DNA of 64,000 nucleotides. It comes from an uncultured Gemmatimonadales bacterium. GTDB taxonomy: Bacteria; Gemmatimonadota; Gemmatimonadetes; Gemmatimonadales; Gemmatimonadaceae. Below are positions 31,881 to 43,405 of the stretch, one piece after another. The notes beneath the pieces are model-generated. The model was not told the DNA's origin and searched no databases. It saw only the letters and a program-made list of their open reading frames with translations. Both the position numbers and the translations under genes were made by a program. The stretch is from NCBI GenBank assembly GCA_963707505.1, contig CAVPQB010000004.1, positions 448,001 to 512,000 on the forward strand. The letters are read 5' to 3'. The stretch's first letter is position 1. Each line of letters starts with the position of its first letter.

Positions 31881-32651
31881 TCAGGCCTGAAGGTATGGCG
31901 CCAGGAGCAGCGCGGTAACGGCATCGAGTACAAGTATCGCTACCGACGTTATGACAACCGCAGCAGCTGTGCTTCTTCCAACTCCCTCTGCGCCCGCGTT
32001 CGCATTGTAGCCTTCATACGAGCAGAAAAACGATATGGCGGCGCCGAATACCGTCGCCTTGATCAGGGAATAAACAATCTGGAACGGTGCGAACGCGAGC
32101 TGCAGTCCCGCCATGAAATCAGATGGAAGGATGTCAGTCGCGACGACCGATGTAAGAAACGCCATCCCGACACCAACCGAGTCTGCGAATACGGTAAGAA
32201 TCGGCAGCATGACTATCGCAGCGATCACTCGTGGCACCACGAGATACGCGATCGGATCGTACGCCAGCGTCTCGAGCGCGTCGATCTGCTCCGTCACTCG
32301 CATCGTACCCAGCTCCGCCGTGATCCGCGCACCGACCCTGCCGGTCAGCACCAGCGCGGTGAGCAACGGTCCCAATTCGAGAATCACCGACTGTCTCGAT
32401 ATCAGCCCCACCACGGACAGCTGCACGCCGCCAAAAAGTTGATAACGTGTCTGAAATGCCGTGACCGCACCGATGAACGCCGCGACGATGATCGTGAGCG
32501 GTACCGAGTCCACGCCGATGTTACGCATCTGGCGGATGGTTTCGAGTCCATATGTGCGCCAGTCCGGCAAGGCGCGCACGATGTCAGCCGCGAAATACCC
32601 GCGCTCGCCGATCCGCGAGAATGGCCTGCTGGCCCTGTCGAGAAACCGCAC
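31881..32651 (-). CDS. mlaE: MlaE family ABC permease
   Basis: IGVDSVP, ELGPLLTALVLTGRVGARITAELGTMRVTEQIDALE, GAEGVGRST. Confidence 0.93.
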   Translation of the reverse strand: MRFLDRASRPFSRIGERGYFAADIVRALPDWRTYGLETIRQMRNIGVDSVPLTIIVAAFIGAVTAFQTRYQLFGGVQLSVVGLISRQSVILELGPLLTALVLTGRVGARITAELGTMRVTEQIDALETLAYDPIAYLVVPRVIAAIVMLPILTVFADSVGVGMAFLTSVVATDILPSDFMAGLQLAFAPFQIVYSLIKATVFGAAISFFCSYEGYNANAGAEGVGRSTAAAVVITSVAILVLDAVTALLLAPYLQA

Positions 32652-33740
32652 TCAGGTACGCACGCGCATGAATAGCGTGAGCCCGATCACGCCAAACAGG
32701 ATACTGGGCAGCCACGCTGCAAGCTCGGGGGGCAGCAGTCCCTTTCCGCCAACAGCTTTCGTCAACTGAATCAACATCAGGAATATGATTGTCGTGGCGA
32801 GGCTCACGCCCACGCCGTAGGCCGCACCGCCTCGCTGCGTGCTCGTTGCGAGCGGTGCGCCGAAAAGAAGGATCACGAGACTCGTAACCGGGATCGCGAT
32901 CTTGAGCATTCGCTCTACACGCAGCTCGTTCACGTCCGTGCCCGAGCGCTCCATCGCATGAATGAATCGGCCCAGCTCGGCGTAGTCCATCTCCGCCGGC
33001 GCCTTGGGCGATGCGGTGAGCTCTTCAGGCCTTTCGGTGAACTGCTTGTCGTACAAGGAATCGTAGGAAAAGGTGATGTTGGTGCTGTTGCTCGTGATGA
33101 TGTGCATCGTCCCGCGGCCCAGTAGCCAACCCCGCGGCGTGTAAGCAGCGCCCGTCGATGTCGCAATGTACGACGGATAGTCCGATCCACTACCCTTTCG
33201 CTCGATCTCGACACCATCCGCCTTCTTACTGGCCAGATGCAGCGCGCTGATCTTGTAGACACGTCCAGCCGTGGATGCATAGGCGAAGTTATAACGGTCG
33301 GTGCTCGCCGAGAACCTCTGGGTCTCCAGGAGCTCCAGCCGCCGCTTGTTGGTGTGCGGCGCGACCTCGCCCAGCACGAGCCCGAGCGCGACCGCGAACA
33401 GTGCGCCGACAAAGATCGGCGCTATGAATCTGTAAAACGAAACGCCCGAAGCCTTGGCCGCCGTGATCTCCGAATATCGTGTGAGTGATCCGATCGAGAA
33501 CACGGTCGCGAACAACACAGCCGCCGGCAGGATCATGAACATCGAATCCGGCAGCCAGTACAGATAACTCAGCGCAATCTGCGACTTCGGTAGGTTGCGC
33601 TGGAGATACGTGTTGAGGTTGTCCGTGATGTCGATGATGATGACCAGAACCGGAAAGCCGAGCGCCGTCGTGACGAAAATACGCCAGAATTCGCTGAACA
33701 CGTATCGGTCCAACGGCTTTATCATGTGGCTCAGCTTCAT
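32652..33740 (-). CDS. lptG: LPS export permease LptG
   Basis: LDRYVFSEF, SEITAAKASGVS, KIAIPVTSLVILLFGAPL, LAAWLP. Confidence 0.88.
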   Translation of the reverse strand: MKLSHMIKPLDRYVFSEFWRIFVTTALGFPVLVIIIDITDNLNTYLQRNLPKSQIALSYLYWLPDSMFMILPAAVLFATVFSIGSLTRYSEITAAKASGVSFYRFIAPIFVGALFAVALGLVLGEVAPHTNKRRLELLETQRFSASTDRYNFAYASTAGRVYKISALHLASKKADGVEIERKGSGSDYPSYIATSTGAAYTPRGWLLGRGTMHIITSNSTNITFSYDSLYDKQFTERPEELTASPKAPAEMDYAELGRFIHAMERSGTDVNELRVERMLKIAIPVTSLVILLFGAPLATSTQRGGAAYGVGVSLATTIIFLMLIQLTKAVGGKGLLPPELAAWLPSILFGVIGLTLFMRVRT

Positions 33741-35407
33741 GGCTCCGCCCGGCGCTCGCGAATCAGATGCACCACGCGCATCCGCTGCTTCATCCACGCC
33801 GCGCGCATTACCGAGCATCTCCCGCATGTCGCCTCCGCGCGCAGTGGCTCCTTCCTTGCCCATGCGCCAGAGCAGCGCAACCGCCACGGCGGCGAATATC
33901 ACGTTGGCAGCCCACATCGCTATCACCGGCGGTAACAACCCCTGCGACGCGGCCGCGGCGCCGGCGGTGAGTCCTATGTAGTACAGAGCGAACACGAACA
34001 GGCTCACCCCGAGTGTGAGCCCGACTCCGCCGCGCGGAAAACGCAGCGCGATCGGTGCGCCCAGCATCACGAACACGAAGCAGGCCACTGCGAGCGCGAA
34101 TTTCTTGTGGATCTCGATCTCGTATCCGTCGATCAGCGTCTTCGCATCCGAAAGTCGTACCTTCGACACTGTAATCGTACTCGGCGTCGCGTCCATGCCC
34201 ACGCTCGGCGGCGGCCTCGTGTAGATGCGCGCGGGTACGGGCGCAGCGGTTGGCGCAGCGGTTGGCGCAGCGGTTGGCGCAGGCGCCTTCTGTGGCAGAC
34301 TTTGGAGCCGGCTTGAGTCGCCGGGCGTACCGGCGCCGGAACAGTTTTCTGTACTTCTGGTCGCGCCTGTGTCGCGCGCCCCGCTTGAGGCTGCATGGGC
34401 ACCGGCGGTGCACTTTGCGCTGAGAGGGTAGGGATACGCAGCTGTTTGAGTAGCCAGCAATACGTGGCACCCAGGGATATGTTCGACGGCACGTGTGTAT
34501 CGGTCGCGTACATGTCGGCGCCGAGCTTGATCTTGTTTTCGCGCGCTTCCTTCATCCCTCTCAGGAAATCCTTGCGAGCTTCCATGTAATCGGCGCGCCC
34601 ACGACGCACCTCTCTCTGCATCTCGCACACCGACATCTCGCGATTGCCCTTGTTCTGCGCGTCGGTGGACTTCTGGAACTGGTTCGCGACTCCCTTCACC
34701 GTCACGAGATCGACGTTGAAGAAGAGCCGTTGCAGCTGCGACGGATTCAACACCGGCACGTCCTGCATCGAGCCGTGGTACAGTGTCAACAGCAGATCGC
34801 TCTGGTTCTTGGCGAGTTCCATGTTGCCGCTGTCGGCATAGATCGTTCGGCGTCGCGTCGGGTCGCTCAGATCGTAGATCGTCACGTCGCGCATGAGATT
34901 CGACGCTTCGTCCAGATGGTTCGCACGCAGAAACAGCTTTCCCGGACTCACCTCGTTGATGACCTGCTCGCGTAGCGCGAACGTCGGCTTCTTCTGCGCG
35001 ATGTCCGACTGCAACACTGCCAGCTGGTGATTCGTCCGCGGAAGAATCTGATCGTTGAAGATGATCATGAACAGCGTGACGCCGGCCGCCGCTATCAGCA
35101 CCGGTGTCATGAGGCTCTTGAGACTCACCCCGCTCGCCTTGAGCGCGGTTATCTCGTTCTCCGCGGCAAGCCGACTGAACGCGTGAAGCGTCGCCACCAG
35201 CACCGCCATGGGCAGTGTGAGCGCGACCGTGAATGGAATGGAGAGAAGGAAGAACTCCGCGACCGCCGACCATGGGATCCCCTTTCCGACCAGGTTCCCG
35301 AACTGCTTGGCGATGTAGTTGAGCAGCAGGAGCGACGTGAGAGCAGTAAGTGCGAATGTGAGGGGTCCCAGGTGCTCCTTGAGAACGTATCGGGAGAGTA
35401 TCTTCAC
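33737..35407 (-). CDS. lptF: LPS export permease LptF with a Pro/Ala-rich periplasmic insertion; frameshifts near 34320 and 33800
   Basis: KILSRYVLKE, ENEITALKASGVS, EIHKKFALAVACFVF, AMWAANV. Removing one G near 33800 ends the gene ...RERRAEP* in an ATGA overlap with lptG. Confidence 0.85.
34240..34282. repeat. 12-bp tandem repeat (GGCGCAGCGGTT x3 plus partial) encoding APTA-APTA-APTA in lptF
   Basis: Directly visible tandem copies. Confidence 0.85.
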
Positions 35408-35410
35408 GGG

Positions 35411-38400
35411 GTGAAATTTACAGGGTGGGTCTCCCCCGGGCGCCCTTCGCGAGCGCGCCGGAGAGAGCACGCGTCCCCTGGCTCACGGGGACTGCGCCGG
35501 GCCCGCGCATCGGTCCCGTCCTTTGCCGGCCGGATCGCGCTCGCGATCGTGCTTGCAATCGTGCTCGCCGGCGTGGTCGCGTCCCCGCTCCGCGCGCAAG
35601 TAAAGGACACAACTGTGCATGCGCCGTCACGGCTGCGCGTACGCATCGGACGGGATACGCTCCCGCTTCAGCTGCCAACGGTCCAGACTCGCACAGACGC
35701 CGCCCTCTACCGGGAAGCAGAAGCCCAGATCCAGGCAGCTCGCGCCACAGCCTTCCAGTTGAACAGTCGTTCGATTCTGGAATCGGTCTGGGGGCAGGTT
35801 GCGGCGCAGAATTTCGCGACAGGTCGGCTCCAGCCGCTTTCCGCCGAAGACGCCCAGCAGCGTAAGGCCCGCGAGCCCGTCAAGAATGAACAACTGTTCG
35901 GCGACTACGCCGATCTGGGCATTCAGGTCGATTCCAGGCTGGAGTTCCGCAACGAGAAGGATGAAACCAACCGCTGCCAGGGCGTCAGCTACTTCCTCGC
36001 AGCCAACACCTGCCGTTCCGCCTTCGAGCCTACGCTGGATTTCCAGTATGCTCTCCGGTCCGCCGGCGTCGTCGCCGACCGCGTGCACGTGAACGTCGAT
36101 TACGACTCGCAGCGCGAGTTCGACGCGTCCAACACCATCTCGATCGCCTTCGAGGGCAAGCCGAACGAGTTCATGCAGAAGCTCGAGGTCGGTAACGTCA
36201 CCTTCCAGCCGCCGCCGTCACGCTTCATCACTGCGGCCATCCCGAGCGGCAATTACGGCGTACAGGCGGTCGCCAATCTCGGTGAGGGAATCAAGCTGCG
36301 CAGCATCGTCGCGCAGCAGAAGGGAAACGTCGTTCGCGATCGTGTGTTCACCGTCGGCGACCACGTTCTGCAGGCGGTCGATCGCACAGTCGAAGACTAC
36401 CAGTTCGAGCCGCGCCGGTTCTTCTTCACCGTCGATCCAAAGCTGTTCGCTGGCTATCCGAACATCGACATCCTCAATCGGCAGCAGATGACCCGACTGG
36501 CTGCTGCACTTCCCGATACGTTGCGTCCGGCGACGATCTATGTATACCGCCTTCTGATCGGCGGTCAGCCGCCCAATCCGAACGGTCCGCAGTTCCGCAT
36601 TATCGGTGATCCTCGTTCGCAGAAAGGCCAGGTGTACGAGCTGCTGCGCGAGGGAGTCGACTATTACTCCGACCCGTCGCGGCTCTGGATCGCGCTCGTT
36701 CGTCCACTGTCACTCAACAACGAGCGGCTCGTAGTTGCATATCGCGTTCGTGTCGGCGGCGTCGTGACGACTCATGCAACCACTGGCGGAACTCCCGACC
36801 TCGAATATTCCCCGGCGCACGATCAGTTCGCGAATCTGCTGTGGGATCCGAACGTTCAACCGACCGACGCTGCGTTCCGGCGCGAGATTCGTTCAGTGTA
36901 TCGACTCGGTGGCAGCGACGTCGTGCGCCAGAGCGTGAGCGTCAAGGTCGTTACCGGAAACGCGACCGATCAGGAAAAACCGGTGACGGGGCGCGCAGCA
37001 ACCTATCTGCAGCTGTTCGGACTCGCACAGCCGACCAACAGCTCGACCTTCGACGTCGAGAATCGTCTCTGGCCCCGTCCGACCGACCCCAACTTCGCCC
37101 TGGGTGTCGGCGCATTTGGCACGCCCACGATTCGCGATCAGTTCCTGGTCTTTCCGTCGGTGCGTCCATTCGCGAGCAACGGCATGGCCGGTGCAGGGAA
37201 TCCGCACAACGATACCGTTTACACGACGCCCGCCGATTATCTCATATCGTCGCAACGGCCCGGTGCCGTCTACCACATACGCCTGCGCTACCAGGCGCAG
37301 GGAAACGGTACCAACGGCACTCTCTCACTCGGCGCTGTGCAGGTGCGGCCGAATTCGGAGCGCATTCTCGTCGACAATGTCCTGCTCGCGCGTGGCAGCG
37401 ATTACTCGGTCGATTACGATCTCGGTCGAGTGAACTTCGCGCGGCCGGACACGTTATTTCCGCGCCCGCGGCAGGTGACCGTACAGTTCGAGGAGAATCC
37501 TCTGTTCGTGGAGACTCCGACATCGATATTTGGATCTTCGCTCGAGATACCGTTGTCGAACGGCCAGATCAACCTCCTGGCGCTGTCGCAATCGCAGAAA
37601 AGCACGTATACGCGCCCCACGCTCGGCTTGGAGCCGCAATCGATGCTCATCGCGGGCATCAACGCCACGATGAATTTCGATGCCGACGAGCTCACCAGAC
37701 TGGTGTCGAAGCTGCCGTACGGTCACACCGACGTTCCCTCCCATGTTTCGCTCGCCGGTGAGTTTGCCGCGAGCAAGCCGCAACCGAGCGCTGGACAGCA
37801 GGCGTACCTCGAATCGTTCGAGGAAGCTGGCGGTCTTGATGTGCTGCTCGGTGACCAGTACTGGTATTACAGCAGCCAGCCAGCAGTCGCGCATAATGTG
37901 CTCGCGAAATACGGCTCCAATCTGCTCGACATCAATCACGCGACTCAGCTCGCATTTCAGACCAACATTCGAGATTCGCTCGGCAAGCAGATTCAGTTCA
38001 CGATCGACAAGATCGATCCGGAGGTTGCGTTCTCGGGTGTCGGCGTCGCTGCGCCTGAGCAGATACTCTGGCTCACCATGTATCCGCTGTCACGCGGGTT
38101 GCGCGATGACCAGAACAGCAATGCGCACTGGAGCACCGGGGTGACGCAGACGGGTCGCCGATGGCGCTCCATCCGAACATCGCTCAGCCCTTCGGGCGCT
38201 GATGTGTCGCGCACTGAAAATGTCGAATTCTGGGCGCTCGTAGATACCTCCGCGGTCGGCCGATCGCGCAATCCTACCCTGGTGTTCGACGTGGGAGAGA
38301 TCTCCGAGAACTCGGTTGTATTTCAACCCGATACTATTCGCATCCAGGCGGTGAACGCCGTGCTGCGCGATACCGTGATGTCAGGGCGTCGCCTTTCCGG

Positions 38401-41400
38401 ATTCGATAAGCTCAATAGTGAGCGCGATCCATTTTCGCGCGCGTTCAACGCAAACGCGAACGATACGGGATTGCCCGGAGATGTCGCGGACAGCGCAGTC
38501 GTCATCGCTGACACGATACCGGGCCAGCTACCGACGCCGCGAATCGTTCCCAAATTCGCGATCTGCAGAAACCAGTATGGCGCGCTCTATCAGGTCGGCG
38601 ACACGCGCACGAATTGCACCGTTGGCAACGGCCGCCTGGACGAGGAAGATCTCGACGGCGACAACGTGCTCAATCTAAACAGCACCCAGCGCGAGCAGGA
38701 GCAGATAAGGCGCTTCGTGGTGGATCTTTCCGACGAGCGGAAGTTCAATCGCGTCGGGAAGTGCATCGAGCGGCCGGTTGCGCGTGGCGAGACTGTCCCG
38801 CGCACACCGGTGTGCTGGGTCTTCGTGCGCGTGCCATTCCGCGCGCCCGACGATACGTTGAATTCCCCGTTACTGAGTCGCGCTCGCGCCTTGCGTATTA
38901 CAATGATTTCGGGAGCAGCTGTCCCGGACACGGCGTTCAGTCAGGTGGCGCTCGATCAACTTCGTCTCACTGGCGCACCATGGCTCAAGCGCAGCGATGC
39001 GGCGATTCGTGGTCTGGCTGGTGAGCAGCCCGATCTCGGTTTTGTGACTGTCGGCACCGTCGGCACACAGGATCGCGGCGTATCGGGAGGCGTGAATTAC
39101 GATTCGCCACCGGGTGTCACCAATCTGCCCGATCTCAAGGCAACTCCGGTTACCTCGTCTCGCGTCCCCATCAACGAGCACTCGCTCCGCGTCGTCGCTG
39201 GTGGCTTGAATACGTTCGATCGCGCCGAGGCTTACTACCGGTTTCCAGAAGGGCAGAAGAACTTCATGAGCTACAAGGAGCTGCGAGTATGGGCACGGGG
39301 AGTGAGTAATGGCTGGGGCATCAACGGAGAGCTTCAATTCTATGTGAAGCTCGGTCACGATGCATCAAACTTCTACATGTATCACACGCCGCTTGCCGGG
39401 AAACGGCGCCGGCCCATCCGCATGGCTCCCCGAAATCCGCGTCGACTTCTCCAGGCTCATCGCGCTCCGTGCGCAGATTCAGAATGCGTATCTCCGAGGG
39501 TCGCAGCGCAACACGTGTACCGGTGCCGATTCGGTTCTCATTGCAAATACTCCGTTCCAGCCGACGACATCGACCAGTGCCGTATACGCAGCCTGCTCCG
39601 ATGGTTACATGGTGTACACAACCGACCCCGGTGTGAACCCGCCCAATCTCGCGGCGATCCAGGAGCTTTCCGTCGGAATGTTCCGCGTGCCCGGCACGTC
39701 GGTCGCACGCCCGATATCGCCGAGTGACACGTTGGAGTTGTGGGTCGACGACCTGCGGCTCGGTGGAGTCGTTGACGCAACAGGTTTCGCGGGTCAGGTA
39801 GCGCTCGGCGTCACGGCGAGCGATTTCGCCGACGTACGTGTCAACCTGACGCGCCGCGATCCCAATTTCCGCCAGCTCGGTGACCAACCGACGTATCTCA
39901 CCGACAATACGGTGGACGTGAGTGCCGCGTTCCGGCTGGAGAAGCTGCTACCGCGCTCGTTGGGATACGCAATCCCAGTCACATTCAATTACAGCGGTGC
40001 GTCCAGCGATCCAACTTATCTGACACAATCGGACATCGACGCGAGCGCGGTACCCGGTCTCAGATCACCCCACAACGGAGCTACGTCCGTCACCTTCGGC
40101 ATCAAGCGCGCGACTCCGGTCAAGGGCGGAACGCTCGCACCGGTGTTGAATAATCTGAGCATGCAGGGAACCTACACATCCGCCGACGCCCAGAGTGAAT
40201 ATGAGGACGGTCACGCCCATGATCTCCGTGTGGGCCTGGAGTACAATCTCATTCGTGCCTTCGCCCCTTCGCTCGCCACCGTGCTGCCTACCGAGCTCTA
40301 TCTCACCTCGACGTACGAGAACGGCAACGATCGGCGATTGACCTATCTCAAGCCCGCCGCGGCGCTGGATGATACCGCGCAGTTCGTTAACGGCCTCACG
40401 AATTCGATCAGCAATGGCGGCGCCATCGCGTTTCATCCGCTCCGCAACAGTACCATTCGATTCAACCTGTCCTCGCTGCGCGACATCAGGTCCTACGCGG
40501 ACATTCCGAACCTCGCGGTGGTCGATGCGCAGGAGCGTAATCGTTTTGCCGGATTCGACACTGGCCTCGAGCGCCAGCGTACCGTGGGAACGCAGCTGAG
40601 CTACAGTGTTGCTCCACTGCCGTGGCTTCGCGCACGCTTCAATAGCAGCTCAAACTACAACATGCTGCGTGACCCAAACACGCTCGACTTCATACGTGCA
40701 GCCGATTCCCTTGGGGAGTTCCGCATTCCGCGCAATATCGGCAACACTCAGAACGCCAATCTCGGTTTCACGATCGACTTTCGCGCCCTTGCAAGTGCGA
40801 CGTCATTCATTCCAGGCGTGAAGACGGTCATCAGTGCGTTTCAGCCGCTCGACATATCGCTCGACCGAAACGTGCTTACGGCATACGACGGCGCCGCGGC
40901 CTCCGCTCCGCTCATGTATCAACTCGGTTTCGGCAGTGTCAACCAGTTCAGACACATCGGATCGGAGTCGGCGACAAGCGCGGGTGTTAACGATCAGCTC
41001 ACCCTGTCGCAGACGATCAACCTGCCGTTCGGGGCGACGCTCACCAATCATCTGCAGCGTCTCACTCAACGAAGCTGGACACTGCGAGCCGACAATGGCC
41101 AGGATGTTGGAGATGCGACACAGCTCGTCTTTCCTGATGTCGCACTTCGCTGGACCAAACGCATCGCCGATTCCACAGCGTTGATCCGGAATTTCAGCGC
41201 GAGCGCGCGGGTTGCTGGCACGACTCAGCGACTCGCCAGCCCCGGTGAGTTCTCGCTCCCCGATGGCGAGAACGGCGAAACGCGCATTCGCAGCTATCCC
41301 GTTTCACTGAGCGCAATATGGGCGGGATCGCGTCCGCTCACCACTTCGCTCGGGGTCAATCTCGTTCAACGTCTGGACAACGAACCCGGCCTCAGTGGCC

Positions 41401-41741
41401 GCGGAACATCGATGGACGTCAACGCCGATCTGGCCCGGGCATTCGCGCTTCCGCCGCAATGGCATCCACATGGTGATCTGCGTACGCGGCTCTCGTTCCA
41501 GAACAGCCACGGCAAGAGCTACGTGCTCAATCCGCTCGACATAGTAGGCCGCAGCCGCCTCACCGACAACGGTCGCCGCTCCGCCAGCTTCTCCGCTGAT
41601 ACCGACGTGTCCGATACGATGACATCCACCTTCGTCATCTCCCGCGTCGATAGCTTCGACGCCAATCTCAGCAGAACCTTCACGCAAACCGTGCTGAGCG
41701 CGATTCTGCACCTGCAGTTCTATTCCGGCGAGATGCACTGA
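35411..41741 (+). CDS. sprA: SprA/Sov-like giant outer-membrane protein (type IX secretion translocon homolog), ~2100 aa; frameshift near 39397; start uncertain
   Basis: Signal peptide SPLRA|QVK. SprA-like blocks VHVNVDYDSQREFD..NTISIAFEG...LEVGNVTF, SIVAQQKG, LGAVQVRPNSERILVD...GSDYSVDYDLGRVNF, GEISEN, LDEEDLDGD, YKELRVW, ELWVDDLRL; C-terminal amphipathic beta-strands. Confidence 0.8.
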
Positions 41742-41813
41742 CGTCGTCAGTTGCCCCCCCAACCAACGCCCCACGCACGGGGTATCTTTTCTCCGTCCAC
41801 CTACACGCTACGT

Positions 41814-42734
41814 ATGAATCGACTGTTCCTCTATCTTGCCATTTTCCCCATTCTCGCCGGTTGTCAGAAGTCCAAAACGGGATTCGATGGCGAAGCGGCC
41901 TACCGCTACGCCGGCACTCAGGTATCATTCGGACCGCGAATTCCCGGCTCGCCAGGCTGGCAGAAGGCCGGTGACTGGATCGTCGCCCAGATGCGCACCC
42001 GCGCCGACACCGTCATCGAGCAGCGCTGGATGCACACGCTCGCCAACGGCGATAGCATCCCCATGCGAAATATCCTCGCGCGATTCCGCCCGCAGGCTAC
42101 CGATCGCGTGCTCTATCTCACACACTGGGATACCAGGCCAATCGCCGACAGCGACCCCAACCCGGCCAACCGTACCAAGCCCATCCTCGGCGCAAACGAC
42201 GGAGCTTCCGGCGTCGGTCTCTTCGTAGCACTTGGCGACCTCCTCAAGAAAACTCCCCCGAACGTCGGCGTCGATCTCCTATTCGTCGATGGCGAGGATT
42301 ACGGCAGCTTCGGGCCGCCCAAGGATGTCGATGTGCTGATAGGATCGACGTACTTCGCATCGCACCTCCCCTCGCCCGGCTACCAGCCGATCTTCGGCGT
42401 TCTCTTCGACATGATCGGCGACAAGGACCTCAACATCTACGAGGAGCAGAACTCCATCGCGCGTGCGCCTGAGGTCGTGTCACGCGTATGGAAGACCGCC
42501 GACGATCTCGGTTACTCCCAGTACTTCCTGCCACAGATGGGCCAGGCGGTCACCGACGATCACATCCCCCTCCTCCAGGCCGGCCTTCGTGTGATCGACG
42601 TCATCGACATCGACTACGAATCTCCCAGCAACAACTATCACCACACCCTCGCCGACACGATGGACAAGATCTCCGCCAAGTCACTCGGCGTAGTCGGCGA
42701 CGTCGCAGCCGCCCTCGTGACCAACCGCCCGTAG
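41814..42734 (+). CDS. M28-family lipoprotein, probable type II (zinc) glutaminyl cyclase
   Basis: Lipobox LAGC; FGPRIPGS, HWDTRP, GANDGASGVG, DGEDYG, DMIG, TDDHIP, HHTLAD. This motif order matches Bacteroidota QC lipoproteins as I recall them. Confidence 0.8.
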   Translation: MNRLFLYLAIFPILAGCQKSKTGFDGEAAYRYAGTQVSFGPRIPGSPGWQKAGDWIVAQMRTRADTVIEQRWMHTLANGDSIPMRNILARFRPQATDRVLYLTHWDTRPIADSDPNPANRTKPILGANDGASGVGLFVALGDLLKKTPPNVGVDLLFVDGEDYGSFGPPKDVDVLIGSTYFASHLPSPGYQPIFGVLFDMIGDKDLNIYEEQNSIARAPEVVSRVWKTADDLGYSQYFLPQMGQAVTDDHIPLLQAGLRVIDVIDIDYESPSNNYHHTLADTMDKISAKSLGVVGDVAAALVTNRP

Positions 42735-42754
42735 GGCGCGGATGTGTCCGCGCC
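42731..42754 (+). repeat. GTAG-class REP-like element
   Basis: GTAG + GGCGCGGA-TGTG-TCCGCGCC hairpin; near-identical inverted copy at 59717-59743. Confidence 0.7.
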
Positions 42755-42879
42755 TGGCCATCCAGGCGCGATCGGACTCGGAAGCCTTGCCCGATGATGC
42801 GTTGCCGTATGCGGTGATATGACGCCACCCGCCGATCCCTGATCACCCGCGGCGCGTCGTTCCGCCCGATGTTGCCTCC

Positions 42880-43405
42880 ATGGCAACTCCCGCTGAACGC
42901 AAGGCACTCCTCTTCTTCGGAATCGTCGCGATGCTCGGTGCTGGCGTCCGCGTCTGGCGAGCACGGAATCCGGGCCAACCGCGCCCTTCCGGCCGACACA
43001 TTTGTGTCCGAGCCACGCGGTTCGGCTCACGGCAGCCCGGGCAAGTCCTCCAGTTCCCCGCGTACAACCGTTCGGACCGGAGCCGCCGGGTCAAGAACAA
43101 GTCAGATCATCCGAGACTCCAATTCAATAATCGACCTCGATCGGGCCACGATGTCCGAGATCGATGCTATCGGTGTACTCCCTAAGGGCATGGCTCGTCT
43201 TATTGTAGCGGACCGAGATTCCTTCGGACCGTTTGGCTCATTAGGGGAGTTGCAACGTGTTCCGTTCCTTTCAGCAAGTACCTTAAGAAAACTGGCACCC
43301 AGAGTGACATTCTCTCGCATTCCACGACCCCGGAATACAGTCATTCAACCGCGCGCGCTTCCGGTGAGTACAGCCGGACGGCGAAAAGCGGCGGCCAACC
43401 CGTGA
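42880..43405 (+). CDS. comEA: ComEA-like helix-hairpin-helix DNA-binding protein; frameshift near 42975
   Basis: N-terminal TPAERKALLFFGIVAMLGAGV anchor in one frame; IDLDRATMSEIDAI...ARLIVADRDSFGPFGSLGELQRV HhH domain in the next; GTGA overlap with pilB. Confidence 0.78.

Noticed and set aside
32652..35273. 873-aa ORF suggesting an LptF-LptG fusion
   Set aside because: Removing one G near 33800 gives LptF a normal stop overlapping the lptG ATG (ATGA), and the ORF's N-terminal half is off-frame lptF; most likely a sequencing indel.
35027..35410. N-terminal extension of the 1566-aa SprA ORF
   Set aside because: Antisense overlap with lptF; the signal peptide lies downstream of 35411.
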